A stretch of 64,000 nucleotides of DNA from an uncultured bacterium (GTDB lineage: Bacteria; Fidelibacterota; Marinisomatia; Marinisomatales; UBA1611): positions 288,001 through 352,000 of the forward strand of contig CALSPG010000001.1 of NCBI GenBank assembly GCA_943788175.1, written 5' to 3'. The notes under the pieces were generated by a model. It searched no databases. It saw nothing but the letters and a program-made list of their open reading frames with translations, and was not told the origin of the DNA. Every line of letters begins with the position of its first letter. The stretch's first letter is position 1. Below are positions 41,882-50,174 of this stretch, one piece after another. The translations under genes and the position numbers were made by a program.

Positions 41882-42469
41882 ATGATGATTTTAGATAGTT
41901 TATTAGCAGGAACAATTTTATTTACTTCATTTGCAATGAGGACACCAAACATTCAACCAAATCCAGATGATTACGAGTTTAGCTTAGGTTTTAGTAACCA
42001 GTTTTATCATTTAAATCGTCAATGGGAAAGAGAATTAGGAAACAATTATATTGATGATATTTTATGGTTCAAATATGAGTCAAAGTTTTACCTAAAACCT
42101 GAATATCTTGATAAGCAAAGTAAATCCGTTAAATATCTAAAACTGGACTGGAGGAAAACACTCAAATACGTAAATTTTGGTTTTACTACAAGGTCAGATG
42201 ATGACGATCTAAAAAACTATTCTACTTTTTTTTCTGGTCAGGTAAAACGAACTGCTGAAATTAAAAAATGGGTAATTTTGGGGTCTTTTGATGGCTATTT
42301 AGTTCCAAATGATGACGACAATTTTGAGGAGATTTTAGAATATGAAGCTGTATTTGATATAAAATATAAGTTAACTGAAAATATACTTATATATAATCTC
42401 GGGAAGTTTAACAAACTACAAGGACAGAGATATTACAAAGCAAAAATTGGATTAGAATTCAAACTATAG
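41882..42469 (+). CDS. Hypothetical protein, possible small beta-barrel
   Basis: 195 aa; C-terminal KAKIGLEFKL strand. Confidence 0.6.
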   Translation: MMILDSLLAGTILFTSFAMRTPNIQPNPDDYEFSLGFSNQFYHLNRQWERELGNNYIDDILWFKYESKFYLKPEYLDKQSKSVKYLKLDWRKTLKYVNFGFTTRSDDDDLKNYSTFFSGQVKRTAEIKKWVILGSFDGYLVPNDDDNFEEILEYEAVFDIKYKLTENILIYNLGKFNKLQGQRYYKAKIGLEFKL

Positions 42470-42471
42470 AA

Positions 42472-42858
42472 TTACAATTGATCCATAACAGAACTAACTA
42501 GTTTGTCCACTTTTTCACCTACATGATTTAATTCACTATTTTTTAATACTGATAATAAGCTTGATGCTTTTATTGTTGCAACTGTAGTTGAACCATCTTT
42601 GTTGTCCCAAACAACAAAATTACAAGGCAATAAGATACCCACATTTAAATCAATATTAAGTGATTCGTATGCTGATGGAGGGTGACATGAACCCAAGATT
42701 TTATAACTGCGGAAATCAACTCCAAGTTTATCTTCTAACTTTTCTTTTATGTCAATTTCTGTAATAACACCAAAACCATTATTAAGAAGCTTTTCTCTTA
42801 ATAAATTTTCTACATCTACTATCGTTCCATTGATGATTTTTTTATGTCCATAATCCAT
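42472..42858 (-). CDS. DUF302 domain protein
   Basis: GFGVITEID...KLG...YKILGSCHP...GILLPCNFVV. Confidence 0.88.
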   Translation of the reverse strand: MDYGHKKIINGTIVDVENLLREKLLNNGFGVITEIDIKEKLEDKLGVDFRSYKILGSCHPPSAYESLNIDLNVGILLPCNFVVWDNKDGSTTVATIKASSLLSVLKNSELNHVGEKVDKLVSSVMDQL

Positions 42859-43044
42859 ATACTTTATACCTTTTTAATACCTTTTAAAACAAAGACAATA
42901 ATACTAACCTAATCATGTAAGATATATCAAATTGTATATTAATATATTTTCAAATATATCAATTATTTAAAAGCGTATTCCTTGATTATAATTAATCAGG
43001 TCTTTGGTTACCTCTCATATAATAATTAAAAGATAATAAAACAT

Positions 43045-44076
43045 CTAATAAGATATTAATAATGAGCCCAAACCGTTTGTTGCCTCCCAAAAGTTATATA
43101 AACTAGTACCATCATCTTCTAATTTCGAAAACCATTCAGCCGTTTCATCAACCTTTAGCCAATCATCCTCTGAAAGTGAATTATCTGTAATAACAATAGC
43201 TAGAAGATTGAATTTTTTTTGAGACTCAGCATAAGTAGGAAATCGTTGTCCTAGACGTTCAATTAATGTTTCTGAAGTAAAAGTAGTTTTTTGATGTGCT
43301 GTAAAATCAAATGTTGTCTCATTTATCGATAAAGCAGTTATATCAGTAAACATATCAAAATTATTCAAATCTTGAATATCTAACATACCCATTAGATATA
43401 ACTCTAATTCATTATAAGGCACACCATTCCCTCCATTAGCAAAGGGCCCAAAACTATCTACTGTATAAGAATTATTTCCATTGTCTAAGAGAGAGGATTG
43501 TTGAAATCCGCCAAGTTGTCCAGGTGTACTACCTCCTGTGAATCCCCAATGACCTGTATATAAGTAAGAGCTTAGTTCTTCTCCCTGTGAATCAACTGAG
43601 TGTGTGGGTAATGCATAGTTTGCCCAATTATGAGCTAATTCATGCAATGCTGGGCCGTATTTTAGATATTCCAAGCCGGTTAATTGCATTACCGCTTTTA
43701 ATTTTCCATTTGAGCCATAATCTAGAGAATTATCATAGATCTGAAATCCTAAACCTGAAATGCTATTAGATACACCAATAAGTTTGCCATAATAATTTAA
43801 ATTTTCAGGGATAGACGGCTCATCAAGTATTAAAAAAATAAAATCATAACTATCAGGGAAAACCTCATAAATATCGTTTATGACTTTTAGCCTTTCTTCA
43901 GTATTTGTAAAGCCATCGTTTCCAACCCATGATTCATATTCGCCGGAACTCATTTTTAAAGATGCTACACGATTATTTTCATGATATGTATATTTAAAAA
44001 TTGTATCAGTGTTGGACTGTTTATCTTCACAACTATAAAAACAGAAAAGTACGAACACTATAGTATATTTTTTCAC
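43045..44076 (-). CDS. Lipoprotein, putative zinc metallopeptidase
   Basis: FYSC lipobox; LHELAHNW HExxH, downstream HWG and LELYLMG. Confidence 0.7.
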   Translation of the reverse strand: MKKYTIVFVLFCFYSCEDKQSNTDTIFKYTYHENNRVASLKMSSGEYESWVGNDGFTNTEERLKVINDIYEVFPDSYDFIFLILDEPSIPENLNYYGKLIGVSNSISGLGFQIYDNSLDYGSNGKLKAVMQLTGLEYLKYGPALHELAHNWANYALPTHSVDSQGEELSSYLYTGHWGFTGGSTPGQLGGFQQSSLLDNGNNSYTVDSFGPFANGGNGVPYNELELYLMGMLDIQDLNNFDMFTDITALSINETTFDFTAHQKTTFTSETLIERLGQRFPTYAESQKKFNLLAIVITDNSLSEDDWLKVDETAEWFSKLEDDGTSLYNFWEATNGLGSLLISY

Positions 44077-44231
44077 GAATCTGACACCTCATCCTTTTTT
44101 GATATTTTAAAATATTTTTTATCTAATTTAAATTGTAAATCGATTGCTTCTTTTTTAGAAAGTCGTCTGCCACCCACTATCCAGTAAGATTCCCCATTGT
44201 CTACTACTAGTCTACGTTTTTCCTTAGACAT
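44073..44231 (-). CDS. Small basic hypothetical protein (52 aa)
   Basis: Hand translation MSKEKRRLVVDNGESYWIVGGRRLSKKEAIDLQFKLDKKYFKISKKDEVSDS; GTGA overlap with the next gene. Confidence 0.55.
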   Translation of the reverse strand: MSKEKRRLVVDNGESYWIVGGRRLSKKEAIDLQFKLDKKYFKISKKDEVSDS

Positions 44232-44232
44232 A

Positions 44233-45201
44233 TTATTTTGTTACTTTACGAACGTTAATTTTGATTGCTAAATGATCTGAATAACCACCCAGAAGTCTGT
44301 TGCCAGCCCAAAAACGATAAGGGTACCTTTTATATTTTCCTTCTTGCTGCCTGTACTTAGGTAAATCTAGTATATATATAGATTTATTTATTACTTTTAG
44401 GTTTCCGTCCTCATTTAACGCCTTATTTATTATGATTTGATCATAAAAATAATCTTTTCCTCTATATAAATAGGTTCCAGTTTTTGGTATACCAATCATA
44501 GGCTCCATTAAACTAATAAACCCTAAATCATATAAAAGTGTAACATTTTCATCAGTAGGGTCTTCATTAAAGTCACCAAGCAAGATAATTTCTGCATTGT
44601 TTTCATTTTTCTGTATCTCTGAAATCTGTTGCATAATTAATAAGGCTGTAGATTTTCTCTTGGGAATTGCCAGTTCTTTACCACCATAATTTGAGGGCCA
44701 ATGGTTTACAAAAATATGCAAAGCTGAATTTTTATATAGACCTTTTACATATAATATATCCCGAGTTTTATCATCCCTTCCTAAATTATTTTTAATTGGC
44801 TTAGATGTAATAATAGAGAATTTATCCTTATCGTAAAGCAAAGCATTATCAATACCTCTCTCATCAGGCGAATCATAATGGATAATACTATAATTTCGAG
44901 AACGGTAAGAATTGTTTAGATCATTTAATACTTTACGATTTTCGACTTCACACAGGCCAAGAACATCTACGTTCAAATCGTAGAGGACCTCTGCAGAATT
45001 CTTTATTTTTAAATCGTAAATTTCCTTTGTTACTCTTTTTCTACCATTTAATGAAAATTCGTCATCTCTTTTATCTGGATCATTTTCTAAGTCAAATAAG
45101 TTCTCAACATTCCAGAACCCTATAGATAAATCACTGTCATTGCGTTGATTCGAAAAAGAAGTGTATATCAAGCATAGGAAAATTATCCAATTTTTTTTCA
45201 T
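44233..45201 (-). CDS. Endonuclease/exonuclease/phosphatase family protein
   Basis: FWNVENLFD, GLCEVEN, DERGID, VNHWPS, GDFNE, GYSDHL. Confidence 0.9.
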   Translation of the reverse strand: MKKNWIIFLCLIYTSFSNQRNDSDLSIGFWNVENLFDLENDPDKRDDEFSLNGRKRVTKEIYDLKIKNSAEVLYDLNVDVLGLCEVENRKVLNDLNNSYRSRNYSIIHYDSPDERGIDNALLYDKDKFSIITSKPIKNNLGRDDKTRDILYVKGLYKNSALHIFVNHWPSNYGGKELAIPKRKSTALLIMQQISEIQKNENNAEIILLGDFNEDPTDENVTLLYDLGFISLMEPMIGIPKTGTYLYRGKDYFYDQIIINKALNEDGNLKVINKSIYILDLPKYRQQEGKYKRYPYRFWAGNRLLGGYSDHLAIKINVRKVTK

Positions 45202-45227
45202 ATAAATTTTTAACCTGTTTTTTTAGG

Positions 45228-45728
45228 CTAATTAGATTTCTTAGGTCCGATATATATTTTTTTTACAAGTGAAACAGGCAGAAAAAACAAAACTTCAAAC
45301 ATAAAATTCAATCTACACGTTTTACTATCAATTATTTCAATTGGGCTTATACTAAAACCTTTACCATCTTTTGTGTTTTTTGGGCTTACTACAAATTTCA
45401 TTGGGCCAATGGTGCGTAATAGATTCCTTATAGTTTTATAGCCTTTTATTTTTTCGTTTGGCATCAAATTATTATCTTCATTGCTCCTGTTAATGATATC
45501 AATAAGTAGAATAACTTTCTCTTTAAATATGACCTTTTCCCACTTAACAGTGCCTTTTTCATAACTAAAACTAGCATCTTTCGACATTAGTGGGTTCGGA
45601 TGAGATTTCCGTAAAGATTCAATTAGTGATAAAAAATGATTTTTCCCGCCAAATAATTTTGCATGATCAGTAATCTGATTTTTCAATTCTAGCTTTTTAT
45701 CAATATCTAGCGAGTCATAATTATTCAT
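45228..45728 (-). CDS. Hypothetical protein
   Basis: 166-aa ORF. Confidence 0.6.
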   Translation of the reverse strand: MNNYDSLDIDKKLELKNQITDHAKLFGGKNHFLSLIESLRKSHPNPLMSKDASFSYEKGTVKWEKVIFKEKVILLIDIINRSNEDNNLMPNEKIKGYKTIRNLLRTIGPMKFVVSPKNTKDGKGFSISPIEIIDSKTCRLNFMFEVLFFLPVSLVKKIYIGPKKSN

Positions 45729-45768
45729 TTTTTTTAAATTCCTTTTTATACTAATTATAAATAATAAC

Positions 45769-46605
45769 TTATTTTAACATAACCATCTTACGAGTTTGTA
45801 TCATATCTTCAACATATAATGTATATAAATACATACCAGCAGCTACTCTTACATTTTTATCATTTTTTCCGTTCCATATAATCGTTTTATATCCTTCAGA
45901 TTGAAAACGATTTAAAAGAGTCCTGATTTTATTACCGTCAATATCAAAAATAGAAATATTAACAAAACTATTCTTTGATAAGTCATATGCTATGTTAGTT
46001 GTAGGGTTAAAAGGGTTTGGATAATTATTACGTAATGTAAATAATTCAGGTTTCAATTTATTTTCAATCGATAGTGATGTGTTTTTAATTTCTAATATTA
46101 TATTTTTGATATACTGGACATCTTCAAAGCTTGCTGGGTTATAAGGGGTCATGCTAAAAGAAGTATCAATAAATCCTTCATTATTGATAAAGAAAACATC
46201 TCTTTGGTTAGCTCCATATTCCGACCAAACAGGATAATTATCTAAACTATCATCTTGAACCCATGGCAGAATTCGCCCATTTAACATTCCATCTAGAGAA
46301 CTGGAATACTGATCCTTACCAATACCAATAAATTTGACATCTAGTATGTTTTCAGATAGAAGTTCTAGATATAAATCATTTAAAAGCTCGAACCGAGCCC
46401 TGCAGGTACCTCAGTATTCGTGAAAAAAGCCAAGTACTAAAACGTTGTCTGTAAAATATGACGGCCCAATTAATTCGCCAAAGGTATCAGAATCAGGATT
46501 TATATCTTCCAAAGTAAAATCGTTCTGACTAAAGAGATTTGCAGAAAATATAATTAAATAAAAAGAAATTATATATGTTCTTAAAACGTTATGAGCAGAT
46601 AACAT
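45769..46605 (-). CDS. Secreted selenoprotein: thioredoxin-fold (Prx-like/SelP-N-like) UxxC domain plus FlgD/T9SS-A-like CTD; Sec at TGA 46411-46413
   Basis: Track ORFs 46411..46614 and 45769..46287 are in frame, joined by 41 sense codons: ...GFFHEY-U-GTCRARFELLNDLY...; about 278 aa from ATG 46605. Confidence 0.88.
46383..46401 (-). promoter_or_regulatory. Putative bacterial SECIS hairpin
   Basis: mRNA AGGGCUCG-GUU-CGAGCUUU; G-initiated apical loop 16-17 nt 3' of the UGA. Confidence 0.75.
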
Positions 46606-46647
46606 GATTTTCAAAATTCAAATTATTATAAATGGTTAACACTGAGC

Positions 46648-48234
46648 CTATTTTTCTTTCGATAAAATGATTGGTTTATAACCACCCTCTTTTTTAAACC
46701 ACAATATCATAAAAGAAAAACCTAATGCCATGATTATCGGAAGGCAGGCAGCTATTCGAAGTGTTTTTCGCCCTGTTTGAGGTAAAACATTATTGATACT
46801 TGAGATTTCTCTAATTGTAAGTTCTGGTTGTTTTAAAAAAGCATTTGTTTTTATAGATGTATATGGAATGCCAAATAGATTAGCATCATCAATTATCGGT
46901 TTGTTTTCAAATAATCTATTTTCAATTTTTATTTTTCGGACTAATTCAAGATTGACTTCCATTATCCCTTTAGCATTATAGTGATCTTGGACAGCTCCTA
47001 AAAAAGGAAAACCGAAGATACCTACAGTAAGAAGTCCAATAGCAGATACTGTATTTAAAGTAAGTGCGCCCCCTTTTGGAAATCTTTCTGCAACGAATCC
47101 CAATACAGAAGGCCAATAAAATGTTTGGCCAACAGCATAAATAATAAACGCTACCAAAATAACGATTCCACTAGCATAAGAAAGTGCAAAAAGACCTATA
47201 ATTGAAAAAATTGAACTTATGAGCAACAATCCTAGTGGGCCCATATACTTTAAGGGTATTCCAGCAAAAAAGCGAAGCGTCATCATAATAAAGGCAGAAA
47301 AAACAAGTGCCCATCCAGCATATTCACCCATAGTCGGTTTCATAAGATTTTGAATCCAGCCATCTGTTGCAATTTCAGCAGTAGCAAGCGGAATCATAAG
47401 TAAACAAATAAAGAAAAACATCAATTTTCCTTTTGATTTTATTATAAACCCAAATAAAAAGCCGGTAGAAACACCAACTACTAAAGATATAATTAGGCGC
47501 GTATAAGATCCACCAAACCCACCATTAAAAAGATTCAATTGTGAAAAAAATTCATATCCAATGAATGTTATAGCCAAAGCTGCACCGAGGCCACCAAATT
47601 CACGAAACATTTCTGAAATTGGTATGTTATTCTCAACACGTTCATCGACAGGAAATTTCTTACATAGTAAAAACATAATCGCATAGGCAGTAGTTGGAAT
47701 CAACATAAATAACCAGGCTGGCTTTGACTTTAACCACGTTAATGGAACCGTAGAATCTCCCATGAAAAACAATAAAAAAATAGTTCCTCCAAAAACAATC
47801 CCAGCCGGCCATGACGCGTGAAGAATATTCATAGCTTTCGTTTTTTCATCTCTAAAAACGGATATACAAAGAGGGTTTATTACCGCTTCCACAATTCCAT
47901 GACCTACACCGGCAAAAAAGCATGCCCACCACATACCATCATAGCTATTAACGATATATGTTAGGACTACAGAAAGAATTTGAAAGAAAGAAGCAGTAAG
48001 AATGGAACGCTTGTAACCAACTTTATCGACGACAAGACTAAATAGGATCATCATGATTGCAATTGGCCATAAACCAGCACCTAATAATACACCTACTTGA
48101 CCATCAGATATCCCAAATTCTGCTCCCCAAACTGCTGGAACCATAGCTCTAAATACAAAGCCAACTCCAGCAGCCATAAGTGCTAAAAAGCTAGCAGAGA
48201 GAAGTATTAATTTTTCATTTTTTGTGAAAGTCAT
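46648..48234 (-). CDS. MFS transporter (sugar permease-like)
   Basis: About 12 TM helices; DKVGYKR loop motif, EAVINP, LHASWP, ERFPKGG. Confidence 0.88.
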   Translation of the reverse strand: MTFTKNEKLILLSASFLALMAAGVGFVFRAMVPAVWGAEFGISDGQVGVLLGAGLWPIAIMMILFSLVVDKVGYKRSILTASFFQILSVVLTYIVNSYDGMWWACFFAGVGHGIVEAVINPLCISVFRDEKTKAMNILHASWPAGIVFGGTIFLLFFMGDSTVPLTWLKSKPAWLFMLIPTTAYAIMFLLCKKFPVDERVENNIPISEMFREFGGLGAALAITFIGYEFFSQLNLFNGGFGGSYTRLIISLVVGVSTGFLFGFIIKSKGKLMFFFICLLMIPLATAEIATDGWIQNLMKPTMGEYAGWALVFSAFIMMTLRFFAGIPLKYMGPLGLLLISSIFSIIGLFALSYASGIVILVAFIIYAVGQTFYWPSVLGFVAERFPKGGALTLNTVSAIGLLTVGIFGFPFLGAVQDHYNAKGIMEVNLELVRKIKIENRLFENKPIIDDANLFGIPYTSIKTNAFLKQPELTIREISSINNVLPQTGRKTLRIAACLPIIMALGFSFMILWFKKEGGYKPIILSKEK

Positions 48235-48306
48235 TTCTGAATGTACCTATAATTAATCGAAGATATATCAACCGATATAAAAAGGATATATAGAGTACAA
48301 GATTGC

Positions 48307-48618
48307 CTAATTTTTAGCACCAATCTCATCTTCAAAACTAAAATACTTAGAGCAAAACTCTTTGACAGTCTTATTGTCGTTGCTTTTGCAATATACTTGT
48401 AAATATATATTATCAACTAGCCACAATGAAAACTTATCCAAATCACCTTCTTCTCTTTGTACTTTTTTTTGTTTAACGTATTCGTTATTTAATGAAATTT
48501 GATTGAGTTTTGCCCATTCACGAAACACAATCTCAATAAATTCAATCTGACTCCACCCTTCTTCTAAAATTTCTTTAATCCTATTAAGACCAATATCTTT
48601 ATAATTATTTTCATTCAT
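48307..48618 (-). CDS. Hypothetical protein
   Basis: 103-aa ORF downstream of tRNA-Arg. Confidence 0.55.
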   Translation of the reverse strand: MNENNYKDIGLNRIKEILEEGWSQIEFIEIVFREWAKLNQISLNNEYVKQKKVQREEGDLDKFSLWLVDNIYLQVYCKSNDNKTVKEFCSKYFSFEDEIGAKN

Positions 48619-48650
48619 TTTAAAAACTTATAGTATTTATACAGCTGTCG

Positions 48651-48725
48651 TACGCCCGACAGGATTCGAACCTGTGACCTTATGAACCGGAATCATACGC
48701 TCTAATCCAACTGAGCTACGGGCGC
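48651..48725 (-). tRNA. tRNA-Arg(CCG)
   Basis: GCGCCCGTAGCTCAGTTGGATTAGAGCG-TATGA-TT-CCG-GT-TCATA...GGTTCGAATCC...CGGGCGTA. Confidence 0.95.
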
Positions 48726-48801
48726 ATATATATTCAAAATTACTTAAAAACTAATAAAGTAAATTTAGTAAAAAAATATTGGATCAAGTTAAAAGTGATA
48801 A

Positions 48802-49683
48802 CTAAGGTATGTGCTGTTCAGCAGCTTCGATAGTGTTTTCAACTAACATTGCAATAGTCATAGGTCCAACTCCTCCTGGAACGGGAGTTATAAAGGAAAC
48901 TTTATCAATTACAGAATTATAATCAACATCACCAATAATTTTATAACCCTTATCATTTTCGGCTTCCACCCTATTAATACCTACATCAATAATAATAGAA
49001 CCTTTCTTTATCATATCAGCCTTTAAATAATTAGGCTTTCCAATAGCAGAAATCACCACATCCGCATTTCTTGTATACTGTTCTAAATTTTTTGTTCTGG
49101 AATGACAAATAGTACAGGTACCATTTGACCATTCACCGTTTGAGCTAACGAGAACAGACATCGGCCTACCGACAATGTTACTTCTTCCAATTACAACAAT
49201 GTCCTTTCCACTTAATTCAATATTATAATGTTTAAATATTTTCATTATACCTTTAGGTGTACAAGGTATGAATCTGGGCTTCCCAATAGAAAGCCATCCT
49301 ACATTCTCTGGATGAAAACCATCAACGTCTTTAGTTGAATCAATTGAATTAATAATTTCTTGTGAATCAATATGGCTTGGTAAAGGCATTTGAACAAGAA
49401 TACCATGATAATTCGAATCTTGATTAAGACCACTAATAATCTGTATCAACTCATTTTGTGACACATCAATATCGAGATAAATATTTTTTGATCTCAAGCC
49501 GAGTGATTGGAGCTTCTTTGACTTTGTTTTTACGTATATCTGAGATGCTGGATCATCACCCACTAAAATGACACAGAGACCAGGAATGATATCTTTTTTA
49601 GATAAAATATCTAGTCTTTTCTTAAAAGAATCATAAATAGCAACAGCAGTATCCTTACCAGATAGTACTTTAGAGGTGTCCAT
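48802..49683 (-). CDS. folD: Methylenetetrahydrofolate dehydrogenase/cyclohydrolase
   Basis: DPASQIYV, KDVDGFHP, PCTP, GRSNIVG, TPVPGGVGPMT. Confidence 0.97.
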   Translation of the reverse strand: MDTSKVLSGKDTAVAIYDSFKKRLDILSKKDIIPGLCVILVGDDPASQIYVKTKSKKLQSLGLRSKNIYLDIDVSQNELIQIISGLNQDSNYHGILVQMPLPSHIDSQEIINSIDSTKDVDGFHPENVGWLSIGKPRFIPCTPKGIMKIFKHYNIELSGKDIVVIGRSNIVGRPMSVLVSSNGEWSNGTCTICHSRTKNLEQYTRNADVVISAIGKPNYLKADMIKKGSIIIDVGINRVEAENDKGYKIIGDVDYNSVIDKVSFITPVPGGVGPMTIAMLVENTIEAAEQHIP

Positions 49684-49695
49684 TATTAATATCTT

Positions 49696-49986
49696 TTATA
49701 GAGAGTCGTCAATTAGTTCGATAAGTGAAGATATTTTTTCATCAATATCATCATCTTCGGAATCAAATTTTTTCCTAGCGTTAAATAATTCATCAGTTAT
49801 ATTCATCGCAGATAAAATTGCGATTCTATTAGAAGACTGAGTAGAACTAAAGCCAGATTGTACTTCACGCATTTTGCTATCAACATATTCTGCGATTTTT
49901 TTTATGTAAGTTGGGTCAGCCGGAGCTTTTACAGAATATTCTTGACCAAATATTGTTATCTTAATTTGATTATCATCTTCAGACAT
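49696..49986 (-). CDS. zapA: Cell division protein ZapA
   Basis: ITIFGQEY...IAEYVDSKM...AILSAMNITDEL; position after pheT. Confidence 0.9.
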   Translation of the reverse strand: MSEDDNQIKITIFGQEYSVKAPADPTYIKKIAEYVDSKMREVQSGFSSTQSSNRIAILSAMNITDELFNARKKFDSEDDDIDEKISSLIELIDDSL

Positions 49987-49991
49987 AATAT

Positions 49992-50174
49992 TTACTTCTC
50001 CACTTTATCTAAAATCTTAATCATATTATTAACATGTTCTTCTATTTTAGAAAGTTTCTGTGATTCTATTACATTACCACTATTATTTTTATTCTTGTCT
50101 TTTTCTGCTCTCAAAGCAGTAACAAGAGAAACAATTTTTTGTTCAAGCTCATTTAATAAATTGGAATCATTCAT
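49992..50174 (-). CDS. Small coiled-coil protein (ZapB-like position)
   Basis: LLNELEQKIVSLV coiled coil between pheT and zapA. Confidence 0.65.
   Translation of the reverse strand: MNDSNLLNELEQKIVSLVTALRAEKDKNKNNSGNVIESQKLSKIEEHVNNMIKILDKVEK

Noticed and set aside
46411-46413. Genome-wide UGA reassignment (Trp or Gly)
   Set aside because: TGA terminates conserved genes here at expected positions (e.g. pheT) and Trp is encoded by TGG.
48307-48725. Second island integrated at tRNA-Arg
   Set aside because: Accessory-looking genes follow the tRNA, but I found no duplicated tRNA-Arg 3' fragment or integrase in the window.
49684-49695. 6S RNA downstream of zapA
   Set aside because: Only 12 nt separate zapA and folD; no room.
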